Source: Octopus vulgaris
Taxonomy: Eukaryota
Reading direction: 5' to 3'
Assembly (NCBI GenBank): GCA_951406725.2
Contig: OX597822.1
Span: 75,020,001 to 75,084,000 of the forward strand
DNA length: 64,000 nucleotides
Below are positions 25,785 to 39,599 of the stretch, one piece after another; position 1 is the first letter of the stretch, and every line of letters begins with the position of its first letter. A program made the translations under genes and the position numbers. The notes below the pieces were generated by a model. That model was not told the origin of the DNA. It ran no database searches and saw only the letters and a program-made list of their open reading frames with translations.

Positions 25785-27412
25785 CAGTTGCGGCCAAAAC
25801 GTTCAGAACGGCATTGTTTTCGTCAGAAAAGTAGATATAATTTTTTTATCAAAGTTGTTTTATATTCTATAATTTTCACAGACAATAAATACGATATTAT
25901 TTGTTATTGCCTGAGATTTTGGTGTAATTTGAGAGGATAATACAAAAGTTATGGATGATTTAGTGATTTACTGCAAAACCTATGGCGGCCAAAGTGATCA
26001 GAACGGTTGCTTTTACTCCGTGTTTTAGTATATTTAACCGGCGAACTCTACTGTTTTGAATTTGTTTACGTGACGGTTCGTTTACTAAACATTAGTAAGA
26101 ATATTTGCAGTGTACTTTGTTAATATAATGCCACTTACTCCGTTACCAATTCGTCAGCAGATTATTAAGCTTCGAAGGAAGGATAATTTAAGTATTGGAT
26201 CTATTGCAAAGATTGTTAACAAGTCAAAAAGTGTTGTACACGGTATTCTTAAGGTCTACGATGATTGTGGTTCGTGTGAAGCAAGAAAGTTTGCAGGTAG
26301 GCCAAGAAAAACGACCAAGAGAAAAGATCGTGCTATGGTAAAGTTGGTTAAAAAGGACAGATTTAAAACTGCTGCTGCTGTTTCTCGGAAAATGAGCATT
26401 GTATTGAAGAAAACTTTATCTCGAAAAACTGTGTCTCGTCGTTTAGTTGAACATGACCTACAAGCAAGAGCACCTGCAGTGAAGCCACTGATCAGCTCCA
26501 AGAAAAAAAGTGTCGTCTTACCTTTGCAACCGAACATGTGTTGTGGTCTCAAGAAAAATGGCAAACGGTGCATTTCAGTGATGAATCTAAGTTTATGCTA
26601 TTTGGCTCAGATGAGAAAGGTACGTTCGTAGAAAAGAAGGTGAAAAATTGTTGCCTAAATGCCTTAAGACTAGTGTTAAATTCGGTGGAGGAAGTGTCAT
26701 GGTTTGGGGAATGATATCTGGAGATGGTGTGGGCCCTTTGGTGCGATTACATGGAAAGTTAAATGCAGGAGTTTATAAACAACTTGTAAAAGATCATGTC
26801 TTGCCTGTGCTGAGAAATTCAACTAAGCTACCACCCATATTTATGCAGGACAATGCCCCATGTCACAAGGCTAAGGTGGTCATGAACTTCCTCAAGGCTG
26901 AAAAGGTTATTGTTATGGATTGGCCAGCTCAAATCCCAGATCTCAATCCTATTGAAAATTTGTGGAATATTCTAGGAGAACGTTCGAAAGCCAGAAATCC
27001 TAGGACAACTGAGCAATTACGGAATGCCCTTCAGGAAGAATGGAATAAGATCACCCAGCAAGAAATTGAAAATTTAATTTCCTCATGCGGTCGAAGATGT
27101 CAGAGTGTGATTGAAGCTAAAGAGCTTCACACTAAATATTAAATAATTCCAGTATTCTCTGTCATTTTTGATTATTTTGTTATTTTTTCAATCGTTCTGA
27201 TCATTTTGGCCGCCATGGGTTTTGCAGTAAATCACTAAATCATCCATAACTTTTGTATTATCCTCTCAAATTACACCAAAATCTCAGACAATAACAATTA
27301 ATATTGTATTTATTGTTTGTGAAAATTATAGAATATGAAACCACTTTGATAAAAACTTATACCTACTTTTCTGACGAAAACAATGCCGTTCTGAACATTT
27401 TGGCCGCAACTG
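25785..27412 (+). mobile_element. Full-length Tc1-family transposon, IR/DR type
   Basis: TA-CAGTTG...CAACTG-TA; about 225-bp TIRs (25785-26009, 27189-27412), each with outer and inner GCGGCCAAA..TCAGAACG direct repeats. Confidence 0.95.
26128..27142 (+). pseudogene. Tc1 DD34E transposase with two frameshifts (about 26505 and 26617)
   Basis: Paired-like HTH, GRPRKT, FSDESKF, GGGSVMVWG, FMQDNAPCH, WPAQIPDLNPIEN; 34 residues between second D and E. Confidence 0.93.
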
Positions 27413-27487
27413 TATTTAAAAACTTCTTTATAAAAATATATTAAACTATGTGAAACAAAGGCATTTCTCTTCCACTTTATATATATA

Positions 27488-27885
27488 CTAGCAGTATTGC
27501 CCGGCGTTGCTCGGGTTTGTAAGGGAAATAACTATATAAGCATTTTTAGAGATGTAAAGTATAATAGCCATCTCAATATGGCTAACCACAAAGGAGGGTG
27601 GGTGTTACTGTAACTTTTTACGTTCTGAGATTTAATTATAAATTTTTAGAGAGTTACTTCCCTTATATATGCCAAAAATGCATTAAAAATGGGGAAAATT
27701 GATGGTAATTTTTTTTTTAAATCGTAGACTCATCGTAGACGCGCGCTAATACCCAGAAGGTTCGATATGAATCACGACTATAAGATACCCGGTTTTGGTT
27801 AAACTGCACCGCAAAATGTGGGAGTAGTTAGGAATCTAAATCGTAGGAGACAGACAGCACACAACCTCTCTTTTATATATAAAGA
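27488..27885 (-). mobile_element. Non-autonomous Helitron, about 400 bp
   Basis: 5' TC, 3' hairpin CCCGAGCAACGCCGGG then CTAG, inserted between A and T; homologous to 58607-59001. Confidence 0.85.
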
Positions 27886-28189
27886 TATAGTCAGCGCGCA
27901 CACACACATATACGTGTGTATGTGGGTGTGTATGCATCTAAATAGATGGATAGATATACATACACACACATAAATATGTAGTTATGGCTTTCTATAGATG
28001 TGAATATTAATATATTTACAGCTGTTTGTAACTAATAGTGTGGGTGTGCATGTGTGGGTGTGTGCGCGTGTATATGTACGTATACAACGTATTATATTTG
28101 TAACATTATGCTAATGTGTTTTGTCGTGTTTCAACAAATGAATTCTTCAACTCTTTCGATAAAATCATCATCTTAATTAACTCAGAGTC

Positions 28190-29019
28190 ACCATAATGAG
28201 CATCATTATCGGCGTCCACATCACCCTCGTCGTCATCATCTTCCTTCTTATCTTCATCGTCATCCTTCGACTCATCCTCATTAATGTCGTCGCCGTCGTC
28301 ATCATTATCGTAGTTATCATCAACGCCACCATCATGGCAATAGTCTCCAATACCACCACAAACACCTCCACCATCACCACCACTACAATGGCTACTATCA
28401 CCACCACCAACAAAAACAACAACAATACAAGCAGCAACAAAAGACCAACAACAACAATTCAAACACCACAGTACTATCACTTACCATTTTCTCCACTACT
28501 ACTACTACTACCGCCATCACCACCACGTCTCCTTCCAACAACTACAATTCAAACATCACAGCACTATCTCTCTTACCGTTTTCTCCACTACTACCACCAC
28601 CATCACCACTTCTGCCACTACCCCTCCAACAACAACAACTCAAACACAATAGTACTATCTCTATCATCGTTTTCCTAAGCACCGCCAACAACAACATCAC
28701 GAATAGAAAGGAAAGCCACCTACAAACCCTCACTACTATCCCGACGACCACCACCACCACAAACCACCACCACCAGTATCAACACCAGCATCACCACCTC
28801 CACTACCAACAGCACCCGCAACAAAACCACCACCAGGGCCACCACCACCACCTGCAGCAGCAGCAGCAGCAGCAGCGCTTGATTTATGCAGCAAACTGCA
28901 ACCAATGTGATAAATCAGCTACAAAATTAATATTTTTAATTGTTTCCTGGCCGAAGACTTCTGCAATTGTGGACAATTGATTGGATGTCACGTGGGACAG
29001 TGAAAAGCAAAGAATCATA

Positions 29020-29087
<68 letters not shown>

Positions 29088-29225
29088 TAATAATAATAAT
29101 AACAATAATTGAAAACGATAATGATAATGATGGTAGTGATTATTATTATCATCATCGTTGTTATTATTATTATTATTATTATCATTGTTGCTGTTATTAT
29201 TTATGTTATCATAATCGTTATCGTT
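28190..29225. repeat. Trinucleotide low-complexity tract (CAT/CAC/CAA/CTA/CAG/AAT)
   Basis: Direct inspection. Confidence 0.85.
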
Positions 29226-29380
29226 ATGATGTCTTTGGTTTCTTTATTTGCTGCAAGAACACAGGAGAGAACACAGAGATATTACAATACAATGTATTTT
29301 TCACGCAACAATGGAATGCAACACCGTATACACATAAATATATGATCGAATGCACACGCACGTATTCGTAAACACAAACA

Positions 29381-29436
<56 letters not shown>

Positions 29437-29482
29437 ATGTGTGTGTGGGTGTGTATTATTATCAACTCGTATAGAATTACAG

Positions 29483-29517
<35 letters not shown>

Positions 29518-29853
29518 CCCCACACACACAAGCGCACACACGTCCACTGATTCTTAGACACAAAATGTATATATTCCTCCATTTATAAATGTGTGTATAT
29601 GTATGTGTGTGAGTGTCTATATATGTGTGTGCATATATATATATATATACAGAGAGAGAGAGAGAGAGAGATACATATATAAATGCGTATATGTATACAC
29701 ATACAAATATGCATACAGGCACACACACACGCATGCAAATACGCACATGTGCACACTCACGCAGACACACACATACATTATATATATATATATATATATA
29801 TGACCGCGTGTGTACCGTTGGCGATTTTTTTCCTCTGTCTTCCCTTCTCCTAT

Positions 29854-29888
29854 GTTTCCGACGAAGAGCTCCGCTCGAAACGTTAAAC
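29854..29888 (+). ncRNA. Minimal hammerhead ribozyme variant in a PLE-like end (29802-29980)
   Basis: GTTT-CCGACGA-A-GAGC tcc GCTC-GAAAC GTT-AAAC; U4-to-C core variant, loopless palindromic stem III. Confidence 0.6.
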
Positions 29889-29989
29889 CCTCCTTCTTTC
29901 CTGAGCGTCCAATAATACTATATTTGTTCCACGTCCTCACGTTGTTGTGTTTTTTTGTGCTTTCATGTTTGGATTAACTATATATATAT

Positions 29990-30065
<76 letters not shown>

Positions 30066-30096
30066 TTATTTTGTAGAAGAAGGAGCTTCTACAGAA

Positions 30097-30127
30097 CTAG
30101 GACTGTTTCATTCAAAAGAAATCATCA
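30097..30127 (-). ncRNA. Truncated hammerhead-like motif
   Basis: Minus strand TGATGA T TTC tttt GAA T GAAAC A GTC; 5' side replaced by (TA)n. Confidence 0.4.
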
Positions 30128-30822
30128 TATATAAATATATATATAAAGGTATATATAAATATATATATAAAGGTATATCTTAGAATGACATGGCGTGAAG
30201 AAAATTAGATAATTTACGAGCCATTGTCTGTTTTCTAGTGAACGCACTATTTTAGCCTCGTCGTCAGAAAAAGAAAGTGACCTTTCTGGTTTCAAAACTG
30301 TTTAGCACTCTGAAGAAATCAATTACTTTCAATGGAGTTATGCTAATCTTTTCTTTTTCAACAACAAAAATAAATAAATTATTGAATAAATAAATAACAC
30401 ATCACAGGTACAACTCCTATCAAGAAAACATCATCGCAATTTGTTTCTTTTAAACACGAGCAACTCGCCCTTGGAGTTCTCATAGCAACTAGTGATCTCA
30501 ATCAAATATTAACTAAGTTAGAGATAGTGAGACCTAAGATCACGCCTCATTGACTGATCCGTCTTTTCTGGTCAGGAAATACCTAAGTCCATATTAGTTA
30601 TCGATGCTACACAAACCTGAGGCGAGACTCAATAGAGTACAGCTGATATCGTAGAGTACAGCTGAAACAATAGAGCATACTGACATCGTGGATCAAGCGC
30701 ATCCAGCGAAAAGCCACTCAACTGATTGACATAAATCACCAACAGATAAGTCCAGCCTCTACACTACAGACGCATTTTGTGCTCTATGATTTTTGTACCG
30801 ATATTATAAATTCTTATGTTAG

Positions 30823-31157
30823 TGAAGGCGCATGGCTCAGTGGTTAGAGCGTCGAGCTTACGATCGTGAGGTTGTGAGCTCGAATCCCGGACCGGGCTGC
30901 GTGTTGTGTTCTCGAGCAAGGCACTTTATTTCACGTTGCTCCAGTTCACTCAGCTGTAGAAATGAGTTGCGACGTCACAGGTGCCAAGCTGTATCGACCT
31001 TTGTCTTTCCCTTGTATAACACTGGTGGCGTGGAGAGGGGAGGCTGGTATGCATGGGCGACTGCTGGTCTTCCATAAACAACCTTGCCCGGACTTGTGTC
31101 TAGGAGGGTAACTTTCTAGGTGCAATCCCATGGTCATTCATGACCGAAGGGGGTCTT
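30823..31157 (+). mobile_element. SINE family D, full length (tRNA head, V-domain-like GAGCAAGGCACTT motif)
   Basis: A box TGGCTCAGTGG, B-box-like GCTCGAATCCC; matches 36053-36398. Confidence 0.85.
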
Positions 31158-31479
31158 TATCCTTTACTTGTATACGGCTAGTCTTGTACCGCTGCCATTC
31201 AGGCATTCCCAACTCACTCATCATTCTTCCTCTCATCACTTGTGTTGTATCCAATCTCCCAGGCCATGCATCAATCACTACATGTCGTCCTAACCTTCCA
31301 GTAGGCTGGTCTACCCTAATTCATATAACTCACCAAACGTTGGTAATATGGATGATTAATTAGCAGAAGCATTACACTACTTTAGAAAGAAAACATGGTT
31401 TAATCACAGAGACTTTGCACAGCGAGGTTAAAATGTTCATTTACTACATGTATATACTTTACTAAAGGCTTCTACACGA

Positions 31480-31625
31480 TTTCTTATTTCTTTGTTGCCC
31501 ACCAGGGGCTAAACATACAAGGGACAAACAAAGACAGACAAACGGATTAAGTCGATTGCATCAACCCCAGTGCGTAACTGGTACTTATTTAATCGACCCC
31601 GAAAGGATGAAAAGCAAAGTCGAAA
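31480..31625 (-). mobile_element. SINE family A 3' part
   Basis: Reverse complement of 15885-16020. Confidence 0.75.
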
Positions 31626-32390
31626 CCAGATGAATGCAAAGCGAGTATCTTAACCACACAGCTATGCCTATATATTTGGCCATTATTTCCAGCTGATTAA
31701 GAGATTGTCTTTCTTCACAGAGGATATTTTTTCTGTTGGCTCAAAAATCCTTGTTTTTTCAGCAAAACTTACTTGCAGCTTTTCAAACTTGCGATCGAAA
31801 CCACTTCATTTATGCCGATATAACTTTTGAGAAGCGGTTCTGTTTTTGAGAAGCCTTGAATACTGAAGTTACTGGTATCTTTGAGAAACGAATAACACAC
31901 TAGTTCATCTCCTCCCCCATTTAGGCCCTTGTGCCTGAATTAGAAATCATTTTCTACGATTATTTACAATAATCATATATCATTTTAGAATCTGCTTTTT
32001 ACTTTCTTTATTTTCCTCTTTTCCTCAATTTTAAAAAAATATTTCCTTTGTGTCTTTTTACTTTTAAAATGCTATTGTTTTTATAAATTCTATTTTACAA
32101 CTTTTCATATTTATTTTCATTTTTCCGTTTTATAAATTTTTTATATTTTTGTGTTTTTTAAAAATGTTCTGAAATGATAGATACAAACAAGATGCATAGA
32201 AGTGAAGAGGTGGATTGGAGTTTAAAAATTAATGTGATATTTCTGTGGTCTGATAATAAATTATTTCATACATTTAATAAAAATAAAAAATGATTTTATT
32301 ATTTTCATTTTTGTTTCGTTCTTCCTCCTTTCCCCCTCTTATTTATTATTCATATTTTCCGTTTACCTTGTATTGTTGTTGCTGTTGTTG

Positions 32391-32437
<47 letters not shown>

Positions 32438-32685
32438 GTTTTTTGTTGTTGTTCGTGTTATAATTGTTGATTATATTTTCCCATATTTTATTTATTACCA
32501 AAAAAAAAATCAAAAACTAAAAACCAAAAAAATAAAAAGATGAAAAAGAAGTAAAACAAGAAAACGAAAAGAACGCAGAAAACGATACGTTGAAATACCA
32601 AACAAAAAACAAAAAAACAAAAACACCACCACCCTCTGTCTATCTGTCTGTCTCTCCTCTTCTCCTCTTCATACTGATTCTGTAG

Positions 32686-32827
32686 TGAATAGTCATTGGA
32701 AATTGCGACAATACTACAAAGACTACCTTCACAGCACAAACCCCGCGCTGCCGCAGCGGCCGCTATCGCCTCCACCGTCGCCGCCTCCACGAAATTCCTG
32801 TTTAATTTTCGACGTTATCGCAGTTAG
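32686..32827 (+). CDS. Candidate host exon, product unidentified
   Basis: Unique GC-rich island after a pyrimidine tract and tandem AG acceptors (32685, 32692); one frame reads SLEIATILQRLPSQHKPRAAAAAAIASTVAASTKFLFNFRRYRS*; frame and strand uncertain. Confidence 0.4.
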
Positions 32828-33269
32828 GTCTGTCTCGGCACAGTCAGTCGTAAATTAGACTAAAATTACATTCAATTAACAAACGAGATTAATTATATTG
32901 TTAGCTGTTTCAATCATATTAATAATAACACAGCTTGTAGTTGTCGTTGTTGATATCGTTGTTGTTATTGTTGATGTTGTTGTTATTGTTGTTATACGCG
33001 ATGCTCTTGTGTTCTTCATGTTATTAACGTCATTGATGTATATTTTCTTTCTTGCTTTCTTTTGCGGCGGTGACGAGGAAGCATTGTTGCCAAGTAAGTT
33101 ATTGTTTATCCTTGTTTTAAGTTTGCCTCACTAAGATCACCACTAACTGAATAGAAACTCATAGTTTGAAACGTTCCAGCTGTGACCACCACAACTTATT
33201 TTTCACACAGTGTATCACGAACAAACTTGTTCAAGTATCCTTGCATTTTTTTTTTTTTTGAAACATAGG

Positions 33270-33430
33270 CTCAGGCATGACTGTGTGGTTAAGAAGCTCC
33301 GGTTTCAACCACGTAGTTTTGGGTTCACTCTCAGTGCATGGTACCTTGGGCGAATATCTTCAATTCTATCTCCGGGCTGAATAATACTCTGAGTAAAATT
33401 TGGTAGACGGAAACTATGTATAAGCCTATT
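33270..33430 (+). mobile_element. SINE family B head, diverged
   Basis: Similarity to family B. Confidence 0.65.
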
Positions 33431-33478
33431 ATATACATACACACACACATGCATGCACACATGCATGCATGCATGCAT

Positions 33479-34230
<752 letters not shown>

Positions 34231-34341
34231 TGTTTAATATATACCTATTGTTTTAAGGGAATTTCATTCCCCAACAGTACTAGGTATTGAACCAGTATTT
34301 CCTTGGATGCAACCATTCCTTCACGAGTTTAACATATCATC

Positions 34342-34381
<40 letters not shown>

Positions 34382-34384
<3 letters not shown>

Positions 34385-34762
34385 TTTACTTGCTTTAGTC
34401 ATAGACTGCGGCCACGCTAGGATATCGCCATGAAAAATTTTAGTTGAACGAATCGACGCTAAAGTTGGGTGCCTGGTACTTATTTTATCGGATTTCTTTT
34501 GCCGAACTGCTAAGTTAAGGGGACGTAAATATCCCCCCAACGGTTGTCAAGCGGTGGTAGGGGACAAACGCACACAGGCACACACACGCACACACGACGG
34601 GCTTCTTTCAGTTTCCGTCTGCCAAATCCACTCACAAGGCTTTTGGTCGGCTCGAGTCTATTATAGTAGAAAACTCTTGCCCAAGGTGCCATGCAGTGGG
34701 ACTAAACCCGGATCCATGAGGTTGGGAAGCATGTTTCTTACCACACAGTCATGCCTGCGCCT
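34382..34762 (-). mobile_element. SINE family B, full length
   Basis: Similarity to family B. Confidence 0.8.
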
Positions 34763-34899
34763 ATATGATCCTAACAATGATTATAAAAAAATTGCTGACG
34801 TTGCTATGGTTGGTAGTGATAATTTGGTACTACTTTGGCGCGTGATCTTCAGGGGAGATTACTTTGGGTTACTTTTTAGTTTACTTTACAATTTCTAAA

Positions 34900-35241
34900 A
34901 ACCTATTGTTTTTAGTCGTGTTTGTTTGTGTGTCCGTAGACAAGATATCTCAAGAACCGCTGGATAGATTCGGATGAAACTTTCAGGGATGTTTGGCATT
35001 GTGACTGGCACGAACTGATTAGAATTTGGGATCTATTCGGTACCGGACAAGGGTTCTGGATTATTTTTCCGGTTTTTTTTTAATTTTTGAGAGCGCTCGG
35101 GTTCATTTTTAGTATTCTCGTTTATGAGAGCAGCCGAGTTTATTTCAGACATTCTCATTTTAAAAAGCATCTCCGGCTAATCGTTGAGAGGATATTGGTG
35201 TTGCCTTGGAGGAGGTTTGCGTTGTCTGAGTGCTCTTGTTT
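34900..35241 (+). mobile_element. Helentron/DINE-like non-autonomous element
   Basis: GTTTGTGTGTCCGT..ATCTCAAGAACCGCTGGAT..ATGAAACTT start and GCCTTGGAGGAGGTTTGCG..CTGAGTGCTCTTGTT end, recalled as typical of this group. Confidence 0.55.
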
Positions 35242-35988
35242 AACATGTCTTACTCTGTGTAATTTTTAAAGTTGTGTGGGGGGTATTTGAGAGATTTGAC
35301 TATTATTTCTAACAGAAGTGACCTCAGTGAGGCAACCTCGCTGTTATTAAATTAAAAACAGCTCACAGCATTGCAGACAGAATAGCGAGGTAAAGTAAAC
35401 GATATTGTAAGAAGATATGTAATAATGATATGGAAGAGAAGCGGTGGAGAGTGAAGAAGGAGGGTAGGAGAAGGGTGAAGACGAGGTTACGGAGGAAAAG
35501 GAAGATGAGAAAGATATGGTTGTCATCCAGCCAATGAAAACATATTTTGGCCAATCGCCTCGCCTCATTTGGCAGTTCCGCTCGATCAGCGACCAAATCA
35601 AACGGTTATTAAAAGACTTGGCTTCAAATTCTTAATGTATTCATTTACTTCTCCCTCGTTAATCCCATCTCTCTCTCTCTATCTATCTCCCTGTTACACA
35701 TTACCTATAGACACTATACACACGCGACCACACATCCGCATATATTGTACGTGCACAGACGCAACAGCGTACACACAAGCCTGCGCGCTTATTCACACAC
35801 ACGTACAGAAACGTATGCATCCATATACAATATGTAGATACGCTCATGAATTTATTGACTGACTTGTCAATAGTTCAGACTCTCCAAAAGGCATTACTGG
35901 TCAGTAACACACGCTCACACACACATACACAACACACACGGACACACATATCTCATACTCATCTATACATGTAACATGCATGTATGTA

Positions 35989-36048
<60 letters not shown>

Positions 36049-36052
36049 TAAA

Positions 36053-36513
<461 letters not shown>

Positions 36514-36584
36514 AGTAATCCGTCACCATATCGTGGTTCACCTATCGCGGAATGGGGGTTGGATCGTAACATCCGCGATAGTTG

Positions 36585-36830
36585 AGGAATTGCTGTATTT
36601 CGTTTTTGTATTTGGTTTGCAAAATTCTTTATGTGAATCCGTGTGTTGAAGCATATTGTAAGATGTCTGGAGAGAGTCATTCTATTTTAATGCCTTATTC
36701 AACACACTCACCGGTTCGATTTCCACTCATTTACTTACCTATTTTTTCTAAAGTTTTCGTTGCTTCTTGCAACCTATTCAGCAGCGGTTGACTCTTGAAG
36801 AAGTTGCAAGAGAAACAACGAAAATTTTGA
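36585..36830. mobile_element. Interspersed repeat with terminal inverted duplication (PLE-like architecture)
   Basis: Matches 8030-8226; arms TTTTCGTTGCTTCTTGCAAC / GTTGCAAGAGAAACAACGAAAA. Confidence 0.6.
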
Positions 36831-36837
36831 CTCCCCC

Positions 36838-36990
36838 CATGTGGTAAGAAGATTATTTCTGAACCACATGGCTCCGAGTTCAGTCCCACTGCGTGACACC
36901 TTGGGCAAGTGTCTTCTACTATAGCGTCGGGTCGACCAAATCCTTGTGAATGAATTTGGTAAACGGTAACTGAAAGAATCCTGTCGTGTA
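36838..36990 (+). mobile_element. SINE family B head
   Basis: Similarity to family B. Confidence 0.75.
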
Positions 36991-37391
36991 TATATATATA
37001 TAATGTAAGTAGATAACCGCTGACTATCCCTTGTTTTTCATACATATATACATACACACACACATAGATATATACATACATGCGTACATATATACACACA
37101 CATATAGTGTAAGGAAAAAATTGGCATGTCGAATTGTAGTAAAAAATAAAAGGAAAATGCACAGAAATATTGTGTCAGCAAATATATAGGTATATATTTT
37201 AATGAAATAAAATATTTATATAGTCGACCGGTTTCGCTTATGCTAATCATGTTCAAGTAGTTCGTAATGATACTATAATTTCATGCTATCATAAGTTTAC
37301 ATTCCATGTTAGGAGGAAAGACACACACACACGTGTATGTATGCATGTATGTACACATATGTATGTATGCGTATATGTATATATATATGAG

Positions 37392-37446
<55 letters not shown>

Positions 37447-38091
37447 ATTAGGATTTAGCTTAGGCTTAGTGATACAACTAACCAGTTGTTATAACTCAAT
37501 ATACATATATTATTCAGCTAAGTGTTAGAACGTTACGGAGTATAACATTAATGTCTGTTGGTCCATACTTTTCTGTTTGGGTTCATATGTACGTCTATAA
37601 ATGTGTATTAACATATATTTGTATGTGTGTCTATGTATATCAGTAGGTATATGTCTGCTTATTATACACGTATGTGAATACATACGTTTGTGTACTTTTG
37701 GCATTCTCAATCTCAAACTGAATTGGAAAAAAAAAACTGATGGTATTTAGCAAAGTCTCATTCTGCATGTGTTGATAATCAACCGAACTTGATTTTGCCT
37801 TTTATCCATTAGAATGTTTGATGAAATAAATGGCATTCAATTACTTGTATCCGTTTAATTAGCTCTGCCGGCCCTAAATATACGCTCTGTATTGAAGTAG
37901 ATGCAACTAAAAAAAAAAAAAAACATCTCTGCAATTGAAGTTACGTACGATGTTTGGTGCACACAAAATTGTTTGCAAAATGATAAAATCCGACAACAAT
38001 TAAATCACTGACGTCATATTATTAATGACGTGGTTTTCTTTAAGCATCCAATCATTTCACACTTCACATATCAATAATCGGCTTTGCAAAC

Positions 38092-38165
<74 letters not shown>

Positions 38166-38754
38166 TTATAATAAATAAATAAATAAATAAATAGATAATA
38201 AAATAAGATTAAAAAATACAGATTTTTACTAAGAGAATTAGTTTTTCAGAATTAAATACCATTGTTTTGTTAAAATTAAACAAAAGAAAAAAAATTCAGA
38301 AGAGGAAATCAGAATTTAAAGAAAGTGCATTCGTTGTACTAACACAGATTTTACGTAAAGTTATATTTCGTTTTAGAGCAATTGTATTTTATTATATTTC
38401 TTAATCCATTCTCGACATTTCTAAGAAACCAAGTAATTCATCTTTTATATCCGCTTTGCAACAAAGACTGATAATTTTAATTCTAACTTTTATTTAAATT
38501 TTAAATTTTTAGAGATTCTACATTAGGTTTTAAAACTCCGTGCATCATATAGACTGATGCACACGCACATACACACACGCACGCCAATGAAGAAAGATGA
38601 TATCTGAGAATGACTTAAATTTTTAAACAAAGCCTCACAATATTTTACTTCTATTCACTTATATTTGGTTCCCCACCACATGACGTCACAATCATATTTG
38701 TACCCCTACGCAGCTATCTACTTCTTCCTTCTGTTTCTCATTGCTGCACGCACA

Positions 38755-38870
38755 CACACCCAAAATCAGCTGTAGAAACCATGCCAAATCAGACTGGAGT
38801 CTGGTGCAGCCCCTCAGCTTGGCAACCCTGGTCAAACCGTCCAACCCATGCCAACGGACGTTAAATAATG

Positions 38871-38872
<2 letters not shown>
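38755..38872 (+). mobile_element. RTE-type 3' tail (SINE or LINE end)
   Basis: CCAACCCATGCCA..CGGACGTTAAATAATGA terminal motif. Confidence 0.55.
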
Positions 38873-38906
<34 letters not shown>

Positions 38907-38984
38907 GGACTACTATGAAGAAGTAAAACATCGATATTGTTATAATATTGTTGTTCGTTTCGTTCCGATGTTATTTGAATTAGT

Positions 38985-39250
38985 GAGGCGCAATGGCCCA
39001 GTGGTTAGGGCAGCGGACTCGCGGTTATAGGATCGCGGTTTCAATTCCCAGACCGGGCGTTGCAAGTGTTTATTGAGCGAAAACACCTAAAGCTCCACAA
39101 GGCTCCACACTTTCTTTCTGTTGTACCTGTATTTCAAAAGGCCAACCTTCTCACACTCTATACCACGTTGAATCTCCCTGCGAACTACGTTAAGGGTACA
39201 CGTGTCTGTGGAGTGCTCAGCTAATTTCACGTTAATTTCACGAGCAGTTG
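38985..39250 (+). mobile_element. SINE family C with internal deletion
   Basis: Similarity to 46481-46852. Confidence 0.8.
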
Positions 39251-39599
39251 TAACTCCGAACACAAACGCAGCCGAAAGTGAAATTCATTTCTCATCAAAG
39301 AGAAATATAATTTGCTCTTGTTGCTGTGACAACAGTAACAAGTGCAAAAGTACTAGCAGCAACGATAATGACAACGACTACTGCAGCAGCAACAATGTAA
39401 ACAGAGTAGTACCTCCACCACCACCACAACAACAAACAGCAGAAACAACAACTATATCAAAAACAACATCAGCAACAAGATGAACAAAGAAGTAACATGA
39501 ACAAGATCGAAAATAGCAACAGTGTTAACTGAGGAAAATAACAACAACAACAACGAAACCAACAACAGCAGAAGCAGCTGCAGTAGCAGCCATAATAGC

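Noticed and set aside
28106-28905. Acidic, poly-Thr and poly-Val ORFs
   Set aside because: Trinucleotide low-complexity DNA with no splice or domain evidence.
30823-30897. tRNA-like sequences here and at about 1030-1103, 46481 and 55655-55729
   Set aside because: SINE heads: acceptor stems do not pair and they continue into repeat bodies.
37220-37256. Hammerhead-like GC-ATAA-GC-GAAACCGGTC on the minus strand (similar trace near 57470-57525)
   Set aside because: CUGA core missing.
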